DNA from: an uncultured Fibrobacterota bacterium
Lineage (GTDB): Bacteria; Fibrobacterota; CAYVZU01
Reading direction: 5' to 3'
Assembly: GCA_964455935.1 (NCBI GenBank)
Contig: CAYVZU010000052.1
Location: forward strand, 1-25,508
DNA length: 25,508 nucleotides
Part shown: positions 1 through 7,650 of the stretch, in pieces
How the letters are laid out: the number at the start of each line of letters is the position of its first letter
How positions within the stretch are numbered: the stretch's first letter is position 1
Program-made: the position numbers and the translations under genes
Notes under the pieces: generated by a model
Seen by the model: only the letters and a program-made list of their open reading frames with translations
What the model was told of the DNA's origin: nothing
Database searches by the model: none

Positions 1-42
1 TTGCGTGGCCACCACGGTTCCAATGACATTTGCGAAGATCAT
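1..42 (-). CDS. BMC vertex (pentameric, BMC-P) shell protein of the EutN/PduN/CcmL family; N-terminal fragment only, the gene continues past the window edge
   Basis: The reverse complement of 1-42 reads ATG ATC TTC GCA AAT GTC ATT GGA ACC GTG GTG GCC ACG CAA = MIFANVIGTVVATQ, a typical BMC-P N-terminus (compare MKIARVIGTVVSTQK). An AAGGGA Shine-Dalgarno lies about 7 nt upstream. This would be the second BMC-P gene in the operon. Confidence 0.55.
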   Translation of the reverse strand, partial: MIFANVIGTVVATQ

Positions 43-59
43 GACATTCCCTTCGGGAA

Positions 60-335
60 TTATTGATTGAAGGTGCTTTTTATTTCGGATACGGGCCGCG
101 GAATAATCAGTTCCGATACCACGGTCCCCACGCGGCTGGCCGCTTCTTTGCCCGCTTCAATGGCCGAGCGTACAGCCGCAACCTCGCCCTCGATAACAAA
201 GGAAACAAGACCGCTGCCAATGCGCCGCCATTCCACCAGATCAACACTGGCCGCCTTTACGGCCGCATCCGCTCCCTCGATCAACGGCGTAAGCCCTTTT
301 GTTTCCAACATGCCGATTGCCTTTGAGTCTGCCAT
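60..335 (-). CDS. BMC-H hexameric shell protein (PduA/EutM/CcmK-type BMC domain)
   Basis: The 60..425 ORF contains MADSKAIGMLETKGLTPLIEGADAAVKAASVDLV...IIPRP, the canonical BMC-H fold signature. The chosen ATG at 335 is preceded by an AGGAGG RBS (plus strand cctcct at 345-350). The stop codon is at 60-62. Confidence 0.85.
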   Translation of the reverse strand: MADSKAIGMLETKGLTPLIEGADAAVKAASVDLVEWRRIGSGLVSFVIEGEVAAVRSAIEAGKEAASRVGTVVSELIIPRPVSEIKSTFNQ

Positions 336-405
336 ATCCAACCTCCTATTGATTCTTGCCTTCGTTTTCCTGCGTGTGCCACGGTCCCCCAGGACCGTGT
401 CCGGT

Positions 406-1836
406 TCATACAAACCGCATCGCATTCACCGTAACAATTCTTCGTACACGCGCGAACGTGTGCGGCCTGGTGACCGCCTCGCCGGTGGGCGTGGCAATCG
501 TAAACGAGAGAGTTCCCTCTCCATCCGGAGTGCCGTTGCCCTGGTACGTTCCGCCATTGATTACAAATATGGAGCAGTTGGCTTTGCGGGCAAAGGCTGT
601 CGCCCTTTCCATGTCCTTCGTAAAAATGGACGCTGTGTGGCTGAAACCGTGTTCGGCCTCCAGCGCGCAGGCAACCGCCTCGTCGTAATTCTTCACGCGC
701 ACTACGGGAAGGAAGGGCATCAACTGCTCTTCCTGAACAAACACATGCGAGCTTCGCGTCTCGCCAAACAGCAGAGGAATAGTCTCGGGAATAGTGAGAC
801 CGATCTCTTTAGCCAACACGTTGGCATTGCGTCCCACAAAATTACGATTGAGAACAACGTGTTCACCCTTGGCCGTGAATGCCTTGGCGGCCAATTGTTC
901 GATCTGGGCCGAGGTTAGTTTTCGATTTCCCTGCTTCTCCATTTCGGCCATGAACTTCCCAAAGACGCTCTCCACAATGAAAATTTCCTTTTCCGCGGTG
1001 CAGAGCACGTTGTTGTCAAAAGCCGCGCTTTTGGTGATCCGTTCGGCGGCGCGCGCCACATCGGCGGTTTCATCGATCACAACAGGCGGATTGCCCGGAC
1101 CCGCGGCGATTACTTTTTTCCCTGCTGCCATGGCAGCCCGCACCACGGCCGGCCCTCCCGTGACCACCAGGATTCGCGTCTTTGGGTGCTGGAAAAGGGC
1201 GTTTGCGGTTTCAATCGTGGGCTCGGCCACACATGTAATCAGGTTGGCAGGCCCGCCTGCCCGGATCAGCGCAGAATTGAGCATCTTCAATGTGTAGGCC
1301 GATACATTCTTTGCGCCGGGATGGGCATTGAAAACAACGGTATTGCCGGCGGCCAGCATCATAATGGTGTTGTTGACCATGGTCTCGCTGGGATGCGTGC
1401 TTGGCAGCACCGCGCCGATCACACCATAGGGCGCATATTCCTCTATGGCCAAGCCGTTGACTCCGGACCACGATTTGGGCTCAATTTCCTCCACACCGGG
1501 CGTGGCCGTGGCCGCGAAGATATGCTTTTGAATCTTGTCCTTGTAGCGGCCCATTTGGGTTTCGTCCCACACCATGCGGGAGAGCGCCTCTTTGTTCTCG
1601 ACAATGACTTTCCTGATCTCCGCAATCAGCGCCGTGCGTTTCTGCGGGCCAAAAGCCCTGAATTCCTGGAACGCCTTGTGGGCCGCCTCGACAGCGGCGT
1701 TCATATCCGCAAAGACGCCCAGTTCGCAGCCACCCTGCGCGGTCGGAGATTTTGCCGCCGGACTGGACTGCTGAAGCGAAGCCAGGACCTGTTCCACAAC
1801 GGCCCTGATCTGCGGCTCGGAGATTGTGCCATTCAT
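406..1836 (-). CDS. CoA-acylating aldehyde dehydrogenase (PduP/EutE family) with an N-terminal encapsulation peptide
   Basis: 476 aa. The N-terminus has an amphipathic helix SEPQIRAVVEQVLASL, then a Pro/Ser/Ala linker, then an aldehyde dehydrogenase fold with a catalytic Cys in NVLCTAEKE and a C-terminus ...RVRRIVTVNAMRFV typical of PduP/EutE. The ATG at 1836 has an AGGA RBS upstream. Confidence 0.9.
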   Translation of the reverse strand: MNGTISEPQIRAVVEQVLASLQQSSPAAKSPTAQGGCELGVFADMNAAVEAAHKAFQEFRAFGPQKRTALIAEIRKVIVENKEALSRMVWDETQMGRYKDKIQKHIFAATATPGVEEIEPKSWSGVNGLAIEEYAPYGVIGAVLPSTHPSETMVNNTIMMLAAGNTVVFNAHPGAKNVSAYTLKMLNSALIRAGGPANLITCVAEPTIETANALFQHPKTRILVVTGGPAVVRAAMAAGKKVIAAGPGNPPVVIDETADVARAAERITKSAAFDNNVLCTAEKEIFIVESVFGKFMAEMEKQGNRKLTSAQIEQLAAKAFTAKGEHVVLNRNFVGRNANVLAKEIGLTIPETIPLLFGETRSSHVFVQEEQLMPFLPVVRVKNYDEAVACALEAEHGFSHTASIFTKDMERATAFARKANCSIFVINGGTYQGNGTPDGEGTLSFTIATPTGEAVTRPHTFARVRRIVTVNAMRFV

Positions 1837-1888
1837 AGAATTTTCCTGCTAAAGCCGTTTGCTCGCCTTGGCCAAGGTTACGGCGGGT

Positions 1889-2176
1889 TTACTTTCCTTT
1901 TCCTTCTCCAAAGGGAAACACCGGCGCCAGCTTGTCGGAAGGCCGGGGAATCACGGTGCTGCCGGCGACCTTGCCCACCTGGGCGGCCGCCGCAAGGGCC
2001 GCTTCAACAGCGGCTTTGACGGCCGCAACATCGCCCCGGATGAACACGCTTACTTTTCCCGCGCCGGTTTGGCTGTTGTTTGAGATCTTCACATTGGCCG
2101 CCTTCACGGCGGCATCGGCGGCCTGAATTGCGGTGGCCAGGCCTATGGTTTCTACTATTCCTAATGCTTCTTGCAT
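1889..2176 (-). CDS. BMC-H hexameric shell protein
   Basis: 95 aa, MQEALGIVETIGLATAIQAADAAVKAANVKI...VIPRP. The BMC domain is clear. An AAGGAGA RBS lies just upstream of the ATG at 2176. Confidence 0.85.
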   Translation of the reverse strand: MQEALGIVETIGLATAIQAADAAVKAANVKISNNSQTGAGKVSVFIRGDVAAVKAAVEAALAAAAQVGKVAGSTVIPRPSDKLAPVFPFGEGKGK

Positions 2177-2229
2177 TGTCGTCTCCTTGGCTATTTGTAA
2201 CTGCTCAAGTCCCAGAAGAGGAGAATAAC

Positions 2230-2312
2230 CACAGAGTCACAGAGTGTATGGAGAAGAATAGTTTCTTGAGAAAAGCTTTGCCCCATGACCCTCTTCCTCT
2301 GTGAACTCTGTG
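2230..2312 (-). other. Long-range intercistronic stem-loop between two BMC-H genes
   Basis: cacagagtcacagag (2230-2244) is the reverse complement of ctctgtgaactctgtg (2297-2312) apart from a 1-nt bulge, giving a ~15-bp stem around a 52-nt loop. The loop itself contains the small hairpin aagaa/ttctt and the palindrome aaagcttt. The element sits inside the 158-nt spacer 2177-2334. Confidence 0.4.
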
Positions 2313-2334
2313 CCTCCGTGGTGAGTAATTATGG

Positions 2335-2613
2335 CTATTTCTTAATGCCCAGCATTGCGAAAACATCGTCATGGGCCGAAGGAATTACATTGGCGCACAC
2401 AAGCTCGCTAACCCGGGCTGCGGCTTCGGCGCCGGCTTCCACGGATGACTTAACCGCCCCAACCTCGCCCCGGACAATGGCCGTGACATAACCGGCGCCA
2501 ATGCCGACCTTGGATACAAAATCAACCTGCGCGGCCTTGATCATGGCATCAATGGCCAGTACATTTCCTGCATTTCCTTTTGTCTCAATGAACCCAAGCG
2601 CGACTTTCGCCAT
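2335..2613 (-). CDS. BMC-H hexameric shell protein
   Basis: 92 aa, MAKVALGFIETKGNAGNVLAIDAMIKAAQVDFV...; BMC domain. An AAAGGAGG RBS precedes the ATG at 2613. Confidence 0.85.
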   Translation of the reverse strand: MAKVALGFIETKGNAGNVLAIDAMIKAAQVDFVSKVGIGAGYVTAIVRGEVGAVKSSVEAGAEAAARVSELVCANVIPSAHDDVFAMLGIKK

Positions 2614-2632
2614 GCTTGCCTCCTTTTGGTTT

Positions 2633-2926
2633 TCAGTTCTCGTATAAAATCGTGATATTCTTCTTGCGAATCAGGTCCCTGGCGCGCGGAGTCAGGATGG
2701 TTCCTTGCGGGACCAGAATTTCTCGCGTAAGTTCGTGCAGCGTAAGCATATCCCGCTCGGTGATCAGGGGCGTTTTGTACTTGCTCATATCAATTCGCGC
2801 GACTCCCGTAAGCGGCTGAGCCGCCGATGCCGACCCGGCTTCGATGATTGGCGCCCCCGGGTTCCCAAGCTGGCGCAGAACCTCCCGCGTTACCATTTCC
2901 ACAATCCGCTCGATATTGACATCCAT
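2633..2926 (-). CDS. Small BMC-associated protein with an N-terminal encapsulation-peptide-like helix and a C-terminal region resembling the EutQ N-terminal segment
   Basis: The ORF is 2633..2992. I start it at the ATG at 2926 (MDVNIERIVEMVTREVLRQLGN...), which gives a TGA-A-ATG junction with the upstream BMC-P gene. The N-terminal 18 aa form an amphipathic helix like known encapsulation peptides. The C-terminal LITERDMLTLHELTREILVPQGTILTPRARDLIRKKNITI recalls, from memory, the EutQ N-terminus (LITANDIRA..GE..L.V...IITPEARELAELLGFTI). The other possible start is upstream at 2992. Confidence 0.55.
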   Translation of the reverse strand: MDVNIERIVEMVTREVLRQLGNPGAPIIEAGSASAAQPLTGVARIDMSKYKTPLITERDMLTLHELTREILVPQGTILTPRARDLIRKKNITILYEN

Positions 2927-2927
2927 T

Positions 2928-3218
2928 TCAGTCCCGCGAGTAAAGATCCTTGCCGGCTCTGGAAATACGTTCCACAATTGCGACAATAGCATTATCCGTA
3001 CACGTGCCCTTGGTCCGCGCAGTCAGCCGCGCGGAAGAAGAACCACATGTGAGCACGAGGTCGCCGTTTCTTGCCGACACGGCATCGACGGCCACGATTG
3101 TCCTCTTCGTCTCATTTAGTTGATCGTCGAGTTGCCGAATCACCAAAAGCCGGCACGATTCGAGATTGCCCTCTTTTCTATCCGCGACAACCTGTCCGAT
3201 TACAATTCCAAAAAACAT
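2928..3218 (-). CDS. BMC vertex (pentameric, BMC-P) shell protein of the EutN/PduN/CcmL family
   Basis: From the ATG at 3218 the protein reads MFFGIVIGQVVADRKEGNLESCRLLVIRQLDDQLNETKRTIVAVDAVSARNGDLVLTCGSSSARL...AIVAIVERI, which matches the BMC-P consensus. The start sits 1 nt after the PduL stop (TAA-C-ATG). Confidence 0.8.
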   Translation of the reverse strand: MFFGIVIGQVVADRKEGNLESCRLLVIRQLDDQLNETKRTIVAVDAVSARNGDLVLTCGSSSARLTARTKGTCTDNAIVAIVERISRAGKDLYSRD

Positions 3219-3219
3219 G

Positions 3220-3960
3220 TTAGGCCTTTCCCATAAAAACCGCCTGCTGATTGCAGGCCACATGCGCGGCATTGGCATCATCGGTATCCAAATGGAGCTG
3301 AAGCTTCCACGTATCATTGGTGCGCACAAGGGTTTGCTCGAAAACAGTGCTTTTAATTCCAGGGAGTTTCACGCTGATGTAATCACCCTGCTTTACGCCA
3401 AATGCGGCCGCATCCGCCGAGGTCATATGAACATGCCGGTTCGCGATAATCGCGCCTTCCTTCAGCACCAGGGTTCCCTTGGGACCCACAAGCGTGATTG
3501 GAGCGGCACCGCTCAGGTTGCCCGAATCGCGCACAGGCGGACGAAGGCCAAGCGCCACGGCGTCGGTGAACGAAATCTCGACCTGGTCGTATTTGCGGAA
3601 CGGGCCCAGAATGCGGACATTCTCGATTGTGCGCATCTTGGGTCCCGCAATGAGACAGGTCTGGATGGCGGCGAATTCGCCGGGCTGATAAAGGTCGCGA
3701 TATTTCTCCATTTTCGCGTCCGCGCCGAAGAGCAAGTGAAAGGACTCCTGCCGCAGATGAATATGACGATTCGAGACGCCCAACGGTATCGATCGGGCAT
3801 CTGGTGCCGCGGTGATATCCGGTCCCTGCAGGGCGCGAACGACTTCCTTCACAACCGCATCAATCAGATCAGACCCGCCTGCAGGCGTAGTCCCGGCAGT
3901 GCGAACCTGGCACGCGCCGCATTCCTGGCAAAACTGCGAGCAGCCTTGGGAAAAAATCAT
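3220..3960 (-). CDS. pduL: Phosphate propanoyl/acetyl-transferase (PduL family phosphotransacylase) with an N-terminal extension that includes an encapsulation peptide
   Basis: Both PduL repeats are present: LGVSNRHIHL and IIANRHVHM, with the second repeat region continuing IIANRHVHMTSADAAAFGVKQGDYISVK. The N-terminus reads MIFSQGCSQFCQECGACQVRTAGTTPAGG, followed by SDLIDAVVKEVVRALQG (encapsulation-peptide-like) and then the catalytic domain. The ATG at 3958-3960 has no spaced RBS but lies 10 nt downstream of a near-consensus -10 element. Confidence 0.85.
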   Translation of the reverse strand: MIFSQGCSQFCQECGACQVRTAGTTPAGGSDLIDAVVKEVVRALQGPDITAAPDARSIPLGVSNRHIHLRQESFHLLFGADAKMEKYRDLYQPGEFAAIQTCLIAGPKMRTIENVRILGPFRKYDQVEISFTDAVALGLRPPVRDSGNLSGAAPITLVGPKGTLVLKEGAIIANRHVHMTSADAAAFGVKQGDYISVKLPGIKSTVFEQTLVRTNDTWKLQLHLDTDDANAAHVACNQQAVFMGKA

Positions 3961-3970
3961 CCTGCCAGCA

Positions 3971-3999
3971 AGTATATCATATTATGTCATTTATGTCAA
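3971..3999 (-). promoter_or_regulatory. Sigma70-type promoter of the BMC operon, predicting a near-leaderless pduL mRNA
   Basis: The minus strand reads TTGACA (3999-3994), a 17-nt spacer, TATACT (3976-3971), then tgctggcagg, then ATG at 3960. A transcription start about 7 nt after the -10 element would fall 2-4 nt before the ATG. The surrounding 3961-4060 is AT-rich. Confidence 0.45.
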
Positions 4000-4101
4000 C
4001 AGATATCAGATTGCGTGATTGAAAAATGCGCCTTATGAAAAATTGCCGGGTATTGCGAAGCACCGGGCGGCCAAAATGTCCTATATCATAGGTTCGGCCA
4101 A

Positions 4102-4130
4102 AAAGCGCCGGTAAAAACCGGTATAGCGCA
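4102..4130 (-). terminator. Weak intrinsic terminator candidate downstream of the secreted-protein gene
   Basis: The minus strand reads gcgctataCCGGTttttACCGGcgcTTTTTgg: a 5-bp GC stem plus a 3-bp outer stem followed by T5. The stem is imperfect. Confidence 0.3.
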
Positions 4131-4268
4131 TCGGCTGAAGCGTTGACCGGGGACCTGCAGGCGGGCCAACGAGCTCCGAAATCAATTTTCCCGGCGCCGA
4201 CCTTGTCCTCCGAGGGGGAAGGCAAAATAGCAGACCGCGCTAAATGTCGCAGGTCCAAGTGCCCCTGG

Positions 4269-6071
4269 TTATTGGCCGTCTGGTGCAAACAGCAGGTATT
4301 TTCCGTTCGACGTAACTGTAAGGAAAATGCCGGAACCGATTCGGTATCGGTGAACTTTGTTGTTTGCATCCCCGAGTTTGGGCAAATACCGGCCCTGTAT
4401 ATCATAAATTACAGCATCGCTCATCTGTGGTACCTCGGATCCTAATACGGATTTCCAGGCTGGGCCAACTATCTTGCTGGAAGCAGACACCACTACATTG
4501 CCCGCATGTGTTCGGTTGACGGTCACAGCATAATCGCCATTGCCCAGATTACGAGTCGTATAGCCTTCGGCATTCAAATCGGTACGCAGCGAAATTGCCG
4601 TGCCACCAACCGTTACTGTTGAGGGCAAGAAAGCAAGGCGCAGAATTTCTATCCCATTGCTGTCCGATGGGGTATAATTGACCTGTGTCGCTGAATAGGT
4701 GACGCTTTTAATTACGCTCTTTGAATAAAGAATGTGATTTTCACGAGGCGGGGCCCATTCGGGAAATGCCGAAAAAATATAATAGAACATTGATGTGGCC
4801 TCGCCGTAGCAGTCGCTGAACCACCAACCCACCTCATCGGAATTGCCGTCCTTTGCCATACCGTGGTCGTCAACCATATAGGTCCAGTAGTTCGCTGCTC
4901 GACGCGCTATGTCTTTATGGGTCGCATTGCCCGACCATTTATACCATAACGCATATTCGGCTGCGAGGCGAGCGGTCTGATATCCCATCTGCAGTTTGTA
5001 GCAAACTTGCTCCGCAGGCACATGTGCACCGTATTGGATGAACGGATCGGGACACGTACAAGACATGTTGTCTTCTGTCCATTGAAGGAGCCGAGGTATG
5101 TTGGTTGAGAAATTGGGGTCGACCGATGGATTGTCAAGCAGATACAAACAGGCATTACTCTTGGTGGTATTGCTGAGGTTTCCGGTGCCTTTGATGTAAT
5201 TGTCACCATGGGCGTCAACCCACTTCCCGTTGGCCATGGGGTATTGCAGAAGCCACGCTTTGAGATTTGTGCGCGCCGTCCGGTACCCGGAGACATTGCC
5301 CACGTTGGCGGCAATCAATTCATCAAAGAGCTCCATGGCCTGAAAAAAGTTGGATGTGTATTCGGAGATCACCGTCCCGTTGGAGGAATTGACTACATAT
5401 GGCCAAGGCGAAACGCTTGCAGTGCCGGTGCCCATTTTGCTTACAAGAGTGTTTGCCACATTGACTGCGGCGTCGCGGAAATTGGTGTTGCCGTTATATA
5501 GGTAGATTTTGAAATATGCATAGGCCATGTCCGCAGCCTGGTCGACGTGCACCTCATTGTTGGGCCATGTCCCATTATTGCCTGAGGGCGTGCTGAAGCC
5601 ATTGAAGACCGTCTCGCCCGCATCGGCGGTGGTCACGGGCATATTGGGCCAGTTGGCGGTTGATGATGTGGTCGATGTGGATCGCGCATATTCGGCGAAA
5701 GCGATGATGTTGTTCAGCGCGGCTGATTTCCCGGTATACGCGTAATATGCGAGTGCCGACCGGACCAGGACCGGCACTTTCTCTCCTACATCATTGGTCC
5801 AACGATCGGGCGAATTCATGTTGTTGTCTCTGAATCCACAATAGAAGTAGTACATCTGTTTTCCGTTGTAGCTCGCGGGCTGCCGAAGCCAACACGACCA
5901 GCAACTGTCGAGCATTCTGTCGTACGCAAATTCTTCGGGGATGGTTCGAGGAAGCAATTTGCTTTGAGCATCGAGACGAACGCTGCCATAGCCCAGGTTC
6001 TGCGAAAAGCCGGTGGCACACAACGCTACCACACACAATAAAGCATTGGGAAAATATCGCTTAAGCACCAT
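4269..6071 (-). CDS. Secreted 600-aa protein with a signal peptide and a T9SS-type C-terminal sorting domain; catalytic family unknown, possibly a glycoside hydrolase or lyase
   Basis: N-terminus MVLKRYFPNALLCVVALCATGFSQ looks like a Sec signal. The body is rich in W/Y/N as in carbohydrate-active enzymes. The C-terminus ...VIYDIQGRYLPKLGDANNKVHRYRIGSGIFLTVTSNGKYLLF resembles the por_secre_tail/T9SS C-terminal domain. An AGGAG RBS sits 7 nt upstream of the ATG at 6071. Confidence 0.7.
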   Translation of the reverse strand: MVLKRYFPNALLCVVALCATGFSQNLGYGSVRLDAQSKLLPRTIPEEFAYDRMLDSCWSCWLRQPASYNGKQMYYFYCGFRDNNMNSPDRWTNDVGEKVPVLVRSALAYYAYTGKSAALNNIIAFAEYARSTSTTSSTANWPNMPVTTADAGETVFNGFSTPSGNNGTWPNNEVHVDQAADMAYAYFKIYLYNGNTNFRDAAVNVANTLVSKMGTGTASVSPWPYVVNSSNGTVISEYTSNFFQAMELFDELIAANVGNVSGYRTARTNLKAWLLQYPMANGKWVDAHGDNYIKGTGNLSNTTKSNACLYLLDNPSVDPNFSTNIPRLLQWTEDNMSCTCPDPFIQYGAHVPAEQVCYKLQMGYQTARLAAEYALWYKWSGNATHKDIARRAANYWTYMVDDHGMAKDGNSDEVGWWFSDCYGEATSMFYYIFSAFPEWAPPRENHILYSKSVIKSVTYSATQVNYTPSDSNGIEILRLAFLPSTVTVGGTAISLRTDLNAEGYTTRNLGNGDYAVTVNRTHAGNVVVSASSKIVGPAWKSVLGSEVPQMSDAVIYDIQGRYLPKLGDANNKVHRYRIGSGIFLTVTSNGKYLLFAPDGQ

Positions 6072-6317
6072 AGAAGACTCCTGAGGTTAAGGTAAAACGG
6101 CCGCTAATTCTTGCCCTGCAAAGACACCAACATAGCAAAGGCATACATCCGTGCTATAGCCTCGCTACCTCAAACAATTTGTTTCTACAAAAGGTGGCCT
6201 CATACTTTAGCAGGTATTAAGGTGATCAATTGGGCAGATGAAGTCAACAATTTTTTTAATATCCACAGGGCCCCCAGTTCAATTTAGAAGTGCAACATCA
6301 GGAGGTATCTTGATGAT

Positions 6318-6480
6318 GGCTTTTGGTCTTCCACGCATGCACGAGAAACTGGGAAAGGCGTTGCTCCTGACACCTTTCAGTTTCCGGTTCTGATGCCGAA
6401 TCCGCAACGACAACGTGTCGGTGTGTTTTGAAGCTGGAAGGCAAGAAGGGCAAACTGTCCGGGGGACAGTGGGAAATGCC
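6318..6480. repeat. Direct repeat copy 1 (~165 bp), noncoding, with an internal 11-bp stem
   Basis: About 90% identical to 7779-7945 in the same orientation. It contains ctttcagtttc ... gaagctggaag, with the same stem as in copy 2. Confidence 0.7.
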
Positions 6481-6481
6481 A

Positions 6482-7594
6482 TCACGAGTAAATACATTCG
6501 GATGCGGCCTCGGCAAACGCTTTGAGGTTGGCCGGATCGCCGAAGAAGAAATGGTCCGAGGGGCACAGGATGTATCCCGCATGATCTTTGGTTGACTCAA
6601 AGCAATCAAAAACCAGCTGCCGGGTTTTCTCCGGTGTGCCTTTTTCGAATCCCGCGTTCTGGTCGAATCCGCCGATAAAGAAGAGTTTATCGCCAACCCG
6701 GCGCGAGGCCTCGGCCAAATCGCAGTCGCCCCCCATGCTGGTCGGGGTCATGGTTTCCAAACCATCGGTCCCGGTTTCCACAGCCATGTCGAGCAAGGCC
6801 ATGAGACCGCCGCAAAGATGGTAAACTGTTTTAATGCCGATCTCGTGAAACAGCTCCACCTGGCGCTTGTCATACGGAAGGCAAAACTCGCGAAACATAT
6901 CCGGACTGATTACCGTGCTCGATCCGGCGCCGCCCCCCAGTTCGACCACGTCCGCCGGCGTTCCCTTCCAGAGTTTTGTAACCTCAAGGGTGCGCTTGAG
7001 GATCTCCTCAAGAGCGTGATGCAAAAAATCGGGCTGATCCATGGCCATATAAATGGCTTTTTCCGTATCGACCAGAGTGCAGAAGCTCTGCCATGGACTG
7101 CCCTGTCCCGGGCTGAACGGGTGTGAGCGAATGATCCCTTTTTCTCCCAGCCGCTCCTTCACCAGCTGAACCGGGCTTAAGTCGACGGATACGGGAATTG
7201 GGCGGTACTGGTTCCAAATCCCGAAGTCGGCTTCGTTTTTAATCGGGTATTCGGTCGTCCACTCGGTAAAGGCATTGCGCGCGCCTTTCTGGTGAAGGTT
7301 GCCCTTGGGAGTCGTAATCCGTTCTTCCCAGCGCTCGTTGCCATCTTCGTCTTTGCCGAGTTCCTTGTGCTGGACCTTCCATTGGCCGGGATCGGTATTG
7401 TAGATGTATTCCGGAGATACGTAGATCGCGTAATCCATGCCGAACCGCTCATAGGCGGCCCACCAGTCGCAGCCGCCCAGGTACGTCTTCAGATAATAGT
7501 TCATCCAGCCATGGACCTGGCAGGGCAGCCGGTCGGGCCGGTCGTTGGAAAGAGCTGTCAGCATTCGCTGGCGTGAGGTCATCCGATGTGGCAT
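6482..7594 (-). CDS. Uroporphyrinogen decarboxylase (URO-D) family protein, HemE/MtaA-like
   Basis: 370 aa with a URO-D fold along its whole length (MPHRMTSRQRMLTALSNDRPDRLPC... then a C-terminal TIM-barrel region with GGFDQNAGFEKGTPE). An AGGAG RBS lies 6 nt upstream of the ATG at 7592-7594. Confidence 0.85.
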   Translation of the reverse strand: MPHRMTSRQRMLTALSNDRPDRLPCQVHGWMNYYLKTYLGGCDWWAAYERFGMDYAIYVSPEYIYNTDPGQWKVQHKELGKDEDGNERWEERITTPKGNLHQKGARNAFTEWTTEYPIKNEADFGIWNQYRPIPVSVDLSPVQLVKERLGEKGIIRSHPFSPGQGSPWQSFCTLVDTEKAIYMAMDQPDFLHHALEEILKRTLEVTKLWKGTPADVVELGGGAGSSTVISPDMFREFCLPYDKRQVELFHEIGIKTVYHLCGGLMALLDMAVETGTDGLETMTPTSMGGDCDLAEASRRVGDKLFFIGGFDQNAGFEKGTPEKTRQLVFDCFESTKDHAGYILCPSDHFFFGDPANLKAFAEAASECIYS

Positions 7595-7650
7595 TTCGCA
7601 CTCCTGCGCAGTGTAACGTAAGGTTCTCGATGCAAAGATACGAGATCATC

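Noticed and set aside
67-918. 283-aa plus-strand ORF
   Set aside because: It lies entirely antisense to the aldehyde dehydrogenase and BMC-H genes. Its composition is Ala/Arg/Ser-rich as expected for a GC-rich antisense frame, and it has no RBS and no family resemblance.
1866-1877. 12-nt perfect palindrome ccttggccaagg between the aldehyde dehydrogenase start and the BMC-H stop
   Set aside because: It is too short and too common to call an operator or a stable hairpin.
3166-4038. 290-aa plus-strand ORF
   Set aside because: It is antisense to the well-supported PduL gene, with the low-complexity Arg/Gly-rich composition typical of spurious high-GC ORFs.
6303-6395. 26-codon plus-strand ORF (MMAFGLPRMHEKLGKALLLTPFSFRF) with a perfect AGGAGGT SD inside repeat copy 1
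   Set aside because: The equivalent frame in repeat copy 2 has no start codon, so coding is not conserved. It is kept only as a note under the repeat finding.
6279-6696. 95-aa and 132-aa minus-strand ORFs, and their counterparts at 7579-7961
   Set aside because: They exist only because the two repeat copies are similar. They have no RBS and are mutually overlapping frames; the repeat is most likely noncoding.
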